Under the pieces are notes generated by a model. The model worked only from the letters and a program-made list of their open reading frames with translations, was not told the origin of the DNA and made no database searches. DNA of 63,222 nt, the filler included, from a bacterium (lineage in GTDB: Bacteria; JADJOY01): NCBI GenBank assembly GCA_046331705.1. It is 3 parts of 3 records of this genome, joined end to end, with 100 filler letters (N's around TTAATTAATTAA, not from the genome) between each part and the next. Parts side by side here need not be neighbours in the genome. Positions count along the whole stretch, not along the records: positions 49,094 to 63,222 come from JAXLQJ010000101.1; 2 more parts are not named here. The stretch is one strand, 5' to 3'. A program made the position numbers and the translations under genes. Of this stretch, positions 58,560 through 63,222 are shown one piece after another (the stretch's first letter is position 1; every line of letters starts with the position of its first letter).

Positions 58560-58940
58560 CTACCGCGAGCTGAGAATGGCCCGATAGTCGCTAGTCGCCC
58601 AAGACTCTGGGATCTGCCCTGCGGTGACCATCTCGAGGAGTCGTGCGCAGGCGTCGCGTGTTCCATCCGTGCACGCGAGGTTGTAATACGAGACGGCTCG
58701 GTGAAGATCCGGTGCGGCGTCGACGCCGCGCTCGAAGACTTGTCCGACAGCGAAGCAACTGGAGTTGTCGACGTGCTCGCAGCGATGGATCCGTGCGGCG
58801 AGCGATGGCGACGTCAGATACCACCCGAGGGTCATCAGCGCGATCGTGAAGCTGAGCGCGAGGCCGATGCCGACGAGCAGCCCGACACGCGCCGCAACCT
58901 TCAGCGCTCGATTCGGTGAAGCCCGTACCTGCGTGCTCAC
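58560..58940 (-). CDS. Membrane-anchored Sel1-like repeat protein
   Basis: TM helix, then SCFAVGQVFERGVDAAPDLHRAVSYYNLACTDG..DAC. Confidence 0.75.
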   Translation of the reverse strand: MSTQVRASPNRALKVAARVGLLVGIGLALSFTIALMTLGWYLTSPSLAARIHRCEHVDNSSCFAVGQVFERGVDAAPDLHRAVSYYNLACTDGTRDACARLLEMVTAGQIPESWATSDYRAILSSR

Positions 58941-59009
58941 GGAGAGGTCGCCGTGGTTACGCCTTCGGTGGCCGCGCCGAGGGACGCGGCGCGAGCGCGG
59001 TACGTGGCC

Positions 59010-59927
59010 TCACGGCCCGTTGGTGACTCGATACGACCAGCGAGCCGGTGCGCTCTGCCGCCCCGTCGAGTCTTCGAGGTAGATGTCGCGCGAAAGCACC
59101 TGATCCGAACACTCGGTGCCGGGTGTGGGATCGCACGGTTTGAAGTTCTTGCAGAACTCGTAGGTGCCGCTCGTCTCTCCACGCAGGCCTGGATCGAAGT
59201 CCGTCGGGCTGATCGGACACGACTGGCCCGTCCGCGTGTTCACGCACGTTTCGTTGCGCGTGAACAAGCGATCGATGTCTCCGTTCGGGTCCGCGTAGCG
59301 AACGTCGACGCACGTGGGGTGATAACCGCTCCCGTCGGGGAACGTGAACACGGACTGCGAATGAAGAGAGAGGATGGCGGGCGCTTCGGCAGGTGGCGGC
59401 GGCGGAGGAGGCGGTGGCTCGGGGGTTGGGGGTTGCTCTGGCGTGGGTGTGATGCCGTCGGAGACTTGGAACGCCCAGTGGAAGGAGGGGCTGGTCAGGC
59501 CCGCTCCATCGCGCACTCGAACGTCCATCTCGTATCGCACCTCGGCACAGGGACCGGGCGCCGAACACTGCTTGTACGACACGCAGAATGAGAACCCGCC
59601 GCTGGGCTGTCCGTCGATGCCAGGATTGAAGTTCGCCTTCAGCGCATTGCAGCTCGGCGTCGACTCGACCGGCACGCACGACTCGTTCTCCGAGAACGCG
59701 GCCTCGATATCCCCGTCAGGATCGACGAACGAGACCGCTGCGCAAAGCGGAACGGTGGTCCCGGGCGTGACCGTGAACGTGCTCGGCCCTTGAAAGCCGA
59801 CGATGAGGGGAGGCGACGGTGCCGGCGGTTCGGGGGGCGCGGCGTCCGAGCCACCGCTGCCGCCGCACGCAGCTCCGAGCCCGAACAGGATCGCGACCAT
59901 CCATTTCTTCGATCCGCTCGCCGTCAT
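59010..59927 (-). CDS. Lipoprotein with two tandem Cys-rich beta-sandwich-like domains
   Basis: Lipobox-like LGAAC, Pro-rich linkers and an internal duplication (DPDGDI/DPNGDI). Confidence 0.75.
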   Translation of the reverse strand: MTASGSKKWMVAILFGLGAACGGSGGSDAAPPEPPAPSPPLIVGFQGPSTFTVTPGTTVPLCAAVSFVDPDGDIEAAFSENESCVPVESTPSCNALKANFNPGIDGQPSGGFSFCVSYKQCSAPGPCAEVRYEMDVRVRDGAGLTSPSFHWAFQVSDGITPTPEQPPTPEPPPPPPPPPAEAPAILSLHSQSVFTFPDGSGYHPTCVDVRYADPNGDIDRLFTRNETCVNTRTGQSCPISPTDFDPGLRGETSGTYEFCKNFKPCDPTPGTECSDQVLSRDIYLEDSTGRQSAPARWSYRVTNGP

Positions 59928-60339
59928 CGCGTGTCTCCGTGAATGAGCGGCCGCGGAACGACCGCACGGAAAGCCGAATCTGTCGTAAGTGCTGTCATCC
60001 AGGCCGGGCGTGCGCGCGTTTCACAACCCCCCGCAACGGCAGCGCAGGCGCTCGCATCGCGCATGGTGCCAGAGATCGCGAGCTCGCGACAAGGTAGATA
60101 CTATTGCCAGTGCGACTAGGTCGCGTCCGGTCGCGGATCGTCGCCGGACCTGGCCGCCGCTTCTCGCCGGATCGGCGAGCTGGGTGCGACGTTCTGCGTC
60201 GAACGTGCATCGCGGTGCTCCCCAGACCTGACGCAACCGCGACTCTCGCGAGCTCGATCTCGACGACGTCACCACGGGGCCAGGCGAGCACGGCGATGCT
60301 GGTCCGCGAGCAGCTCGATCGGGGGGAGGAGGCTCGATC

Positions 60340-61026
60340 TCACAACCACGCGTAAGCGCGGCGCAGCACGTTGCATCCGTCGTGTTCGACGAGGGCCCCG
60401 TGGGCGAGCGCGATCCGCTCGGGACGCCACGCAATCATCCGGTCCACCTGGGCGCGCGCCGCGAGCCGGTCGCGCATGATCACGTGCTCGAGCCACGTGG
60501 CACCCGGTTGGCGATTGGCGAGCAGGAGCGCCGCGAGTCGCGTCGCACGCGACGGATGTTCGGCCAAGTTGAAGATCAGGTCGGCGCAGATCAGCGTGCT
60601 GCTCGAACGATAGAAGAACACCACCTCGTTCTCGAGCCAGCGCGCCCCGAAGAACACCTGCTCGATCTCGCCGCGCCACGGCTCCTCCGGCTCGTCGCCG
60701 AGAACCCCGCGCCACGGAAGATCGCGCCGCTTGTGCTCGAGCCCGGGACACGCCCACGCCTTCGCCTCGGGATAGGCACGGATCCACTCACCCACGAAGA
60801 GATGGTGAAAGCGGCTCGGCGCCACGACCGCCTTCACCGGACCAAGGGCTTCGATCGCCGCCTTCGTGCTGGGGTCGAGCGCCACCGGCGAGTGCACGAA
60901 GAGGCCGCCGTGTCCGAGCCGCACGACCGTCATCCGCGTGCCGGTGTCGACGCCCCAGAAACGGAGCGGTCGATGGGCCAACCAGACGTTCTCCGCGAAT
61001 GGATGAAGCACGACTGCTGCCGTCAT
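60340..61026 (-). CDS. DUF4336-family protein (metallo-beta-lactamase-like fold)
   Basis: TRMTVVRL..GGLFVHSP, VAPSRFHHLF, EVVFF, TLICADL and AHG. Confidence 0.85.
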   Translation of the reverse strand: MTAAVVLHPFAENVWLAHRPLRFWGVDTGTRMTVVRLGHGGLFVHSPVALDPSTKAAIEALGPVKAVVAPSRFHHLFVGEWIRAYPEAKAWACPGLEHKRRDLPWRGVLGDEPEEPWRGEIEQVFFGARWLENEVVFFYRSSSTLICADLIFNLAEHPSRATRLAALLLANRQPGATWLEHVIMRDRLAARAQVDRMIAWRPERIALAHGALVEHDGCNVLRRAYAWL

Positions 61027-61487
61027 GGCGCCATTGTCCGCCGACCCAACGGGGTGCGTCCAACGTCGGTGGTTGGTCCCGCGACCCGCGCGGGAGCTCA
61101 AGAGCTTTGCGCGTGAGAGAGTCGCGTGCGGCGCGCGGTGCCCCGCAGCGCATGGCATCCGTGACGATCCCCTGACGCCGCCGCCCGAGGCGGCGCAACA
61201 CCACCTCGCACATGCGCGCCGGGTCGAAGGGGCCGAGCTTCGGCGCCTCGACGATCGACGACGAGAATCCCGAGTGGTGCGTCCGCGAGCGATGGATGCT
61301 GGCCGAAGCGGCGCAAGTCCTGTCGTCGTTCATCGACCTCGGGCTCGAACGGGTCGTGGCGGTGTCCGCGGCATCGTCATGCCCTTGCGCGGCGATTCGA
61401 GTGCCGTAGGATGCAAACAAGCACACGGACGCAGGGTTCGGTGCAGGGCCTACTGCCCCTTCGGAATCCTCATCGGACGCCATCATC

Positions 61488-62531
61488 GTGAATCAGACCA
61501 CGGGGCACGAGGCGCTGCACCAGCCGTCCGTGCATCGCGACACGATTCGTCGGTGGGCGAGGGCTGTCGTGTTGGTGGGCGACGTGCTGCTGGTCGTTGG
61601 TTCGGTGGCAATGCTCGCGCAGAGCCTGGGCTGGGTAGCCGACGCGCTCTCGCCAGCCACGTTCGTGGCCGCTCTGGTGGCCTTCCCTTGCGTCCTCACC
61701 GGCCTCTTCGTGCTGGGTCTGCTTCGCATCACGATTCGCTCACGACTGGCCCTTGTGATCTCAGCCATCGCATACATCGCAGTCACGCTCGGGCTCTGGG
61801 CGGTCGCCACGGCGTTGCTGTTGCCGGTTGCGTATCCAGGAGTCGCGATCGCGGCTGCAGCGTTGCTCGTGCTCGAAGCACGCACCGCGCAGCGTTCGAT
61901 CCCAGCAGTGAGCGGAGCGAAGCGACGTTGGTCGGCTGTCTCGATCGCGCTGATCTCGGTCGCGCCTCTGCTTGCGTTTGCGATCGTCGCGCTGTTCCTC
62001 AACAGCCGAGCGGAAAGGGAGATCCACCTGATCCCCGATGGCTACGTCGGTCCCGTGCTGATCGTCTTCGGTGTGAAGGACGCTGGTCTGCCCGAGTACG
62101 AGCGAGGCGCGCGGGTGTATCGCATCGGTGCGGATGGCACGGCGCGCACTCGGCTGCCGTCCAACCCTGGAATTCAGCGTGATCGGTTCTTCTACGCAGA
62201 CGTAGCGACCGGCACGGTCCGATCCGAGATCAAAGGACGCTCTTACAGCACGATTCACGATGATCCGCGGACGATGGCGGATCCGGAAGTCGTCGTCCAC
62301 GGGGGTGGACTCGGTGTGACCACTGTCCCGGGTGTGCATTTCTACGAAAACGGACGCGAGGTGTCGAGCAGCGACCTACCGTGCGCGGTTCGGTTTCAGC
62401 AGTACTTCGTGGGTCGACGGTCGGACATCATTCACATGAGCCGGCACGACGTGAGCGCTTACCTCGCGGAGCACCGAGTCGGGTGCGGCGCAACTGCCGT
62501 ATCGGAATTGCAGGCTGTATACAGCGATTGA
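61488..62531 (+). CDS. Multi-TM membrane protein with a C-terminal DUF6843-like domain
   Basis: About five TM helices, then EIHLIPDGYVGPVLIVF...GLPEYERGARVYRI. Confidence 0.6.
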   Translation: MNQTTGHEALHQPSVHRDTIRRWARAVVLVGDVLLVVGSVAMLAQSLGWVADALSPATFVAALVAFPCVLTGLFVLGLLRITIRSRLALVISAIAYIAVTLGLWAVATALLLPVAYPGVAIAAAALLVLEARTAQRSIPAVSGAKRRWSAVSIALISVAPLLAFAIVALFLNSRAEREIHLIPDGYVGPVLIVFGVKDAGLPEYERGARVYRIGADGTARTRLPSNPGIQRDRFFYADVATGTVRSEIKGRSYSTIHDDPRTMADPEVVVHGGGLGVTTVPGVHFYENGREVSSSDLPCAVRFQQYFVGRRSDIIHMSRHDVSAYLAEHRVGCGATAVSELQAVYSD

Positions 62532-62630
62532 CCGCCGCACGGGCGGAACGCCGCTCAAGAATTGGAGTCTCCGGAAAACCCGGGGCGGTTCACTTTTCGA
62601 ATTCTACCATAGTACCATCAAGGAACTTCC

Positions 62631-63222
62631 ATGAAGCTGGAAACTCGATGTTGCGATCTTTTCGCCGTTTCTGCGCTTCTACTCGCTGGCTGCGGCCTGT
62701 CCGTCAGCTCAATCAGCCCGGGGTCCGCACCGGTGGGGATGACGGTGACAATCGCTGGCTTAGGATTTGGCAGCGCTCAGGGATCGAGCAGGGTTCTCTT
62801 TGACGGTATCGATGCCGGATCCGCTCTCGCGTGGTCGGGCGCGTCCATCCAGATCGCCGTGCCGCCCGGTGCGAAGACCGGACCCGTGACCGTAAAGGTT
62901 GGGTCCGCGACGAGCTCTGCCTATCCATTCGTCGTGTCAGATCCGCGCCTCGCGCAGGTTCGCGTGGCAACGGAGATTCAGTGCTCACAGTCGCTTTCGA
63001 GCGTGGGAGCGAGTGTCGCCAGCCAGCGATCGCTCGCCCTCGGCGATCTCAATCGCGACGGCTATCCGGACATCGTCTACAACGGTGGGGGCACCGGGGA
63101 GTCGGTCTGCCGGTATCTGGGTGATGCAAGTGCCTTGTTTCTGGACTTCGCCTGTTTTCCCAGTGGATCCGACGCTCAGGCGGGCATGGCGGTTGGGCAG
63201 TTCAATGGAGATCCCTTTCCGG
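62631..63222 (+). CDS. Lipoprotein with an IPT/TIG domain and FG-GAP/VCBS repeats (runs off the window)
   Basis: Manual translation: AAGGA RBS, lipobox LAGC, ISPGSAPVGMTVTIAGLGFG...WSGASIQIAVPPGAKTGPVTV, LALGDLNRDGYPDIV and MAVGQFNGDPFP. Absent from the ORF track. Confidence 0.82.
   Translation, partial: MKLETRCCDLFAVSALLLAGCGLSVSSISPGSAPVGMTVTIAGLGFGSAQGSSRVLFDGIDAGSALAWSGASIQIAVPPGAKTGPVTVKVGSATSSAYPFVVSDPRLAQVRVATEIQCSQSLSSVGASVASQRSLALGDLNRDGYPDIVYNGGGTGESVCRYLGDASALFLDFACFPSGSDAQAGMAVGQFNGDPFP

Noticed and set aside
58549-58562. Partial operator-like sequence TAGAACGTGTGAGT on the minus strand
   Set aside because: Only one half-site matches, and it coincides with a stop codon and a start codon.

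Overview
High-GC DNA (roughly 70% by eye) from a diderm bacterium (it encodes a TonB-dependent receptor and a TolC/RND pump). A Binatota/Myxococcota-like origin is an inference only. The window is three contigs joined by artificial N-TTAATTAATTAA-N linkers (24491-24590, 48994-49093), so adjacency across the gaps means nothing. Contig 1 (1-24490) looks like a steroid/cyclic-ketone catabolic island. It holds one minus-strand operon (coxG-like, acetone-carboxylase-like acxABC, three class III CoA-transferases, a DsrE-like protein, a BadI/MenB-type hydrolase and xanthine-dehydrogenase-family FAD and 2Fe-2S subunits), a FadD3-like CoA ligase and a FadA6-like thiolase. Each of these three units is preceded by the same 20-bp palindrome, whose core matches the actinobacterial KstR operator TnnAACnnGTTnnA. 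A TonB receptor/binding protein/hybrid kinase module, a B12 radical SAM enzyme and a MurJ-like flippase are interspersed. Contig 2 carries a Czc/Cnr-type metal efflux pump, an EXPERA-SDR pair, PilZ proteins, nadA, a long ankyrin protein, a GH99-like enzyme, tldD/tldE and queE. Contig 3 starts with an unusual operon: a calmodulin-like EF-hand pair fused through membrane helices to a cytochrome P450, a membrane-anchored CFA-synthase-family methyltransferase, and two tandem DUF4436-like proteins with Pro-loop ion-channel-like motifs. These are followed by a COG0523 GTPase and several surface lipoproteins. No rRNA, tRNA, CRISPR array or transposase was recognised. All family calls come from motif recognition by eye, without database searches.
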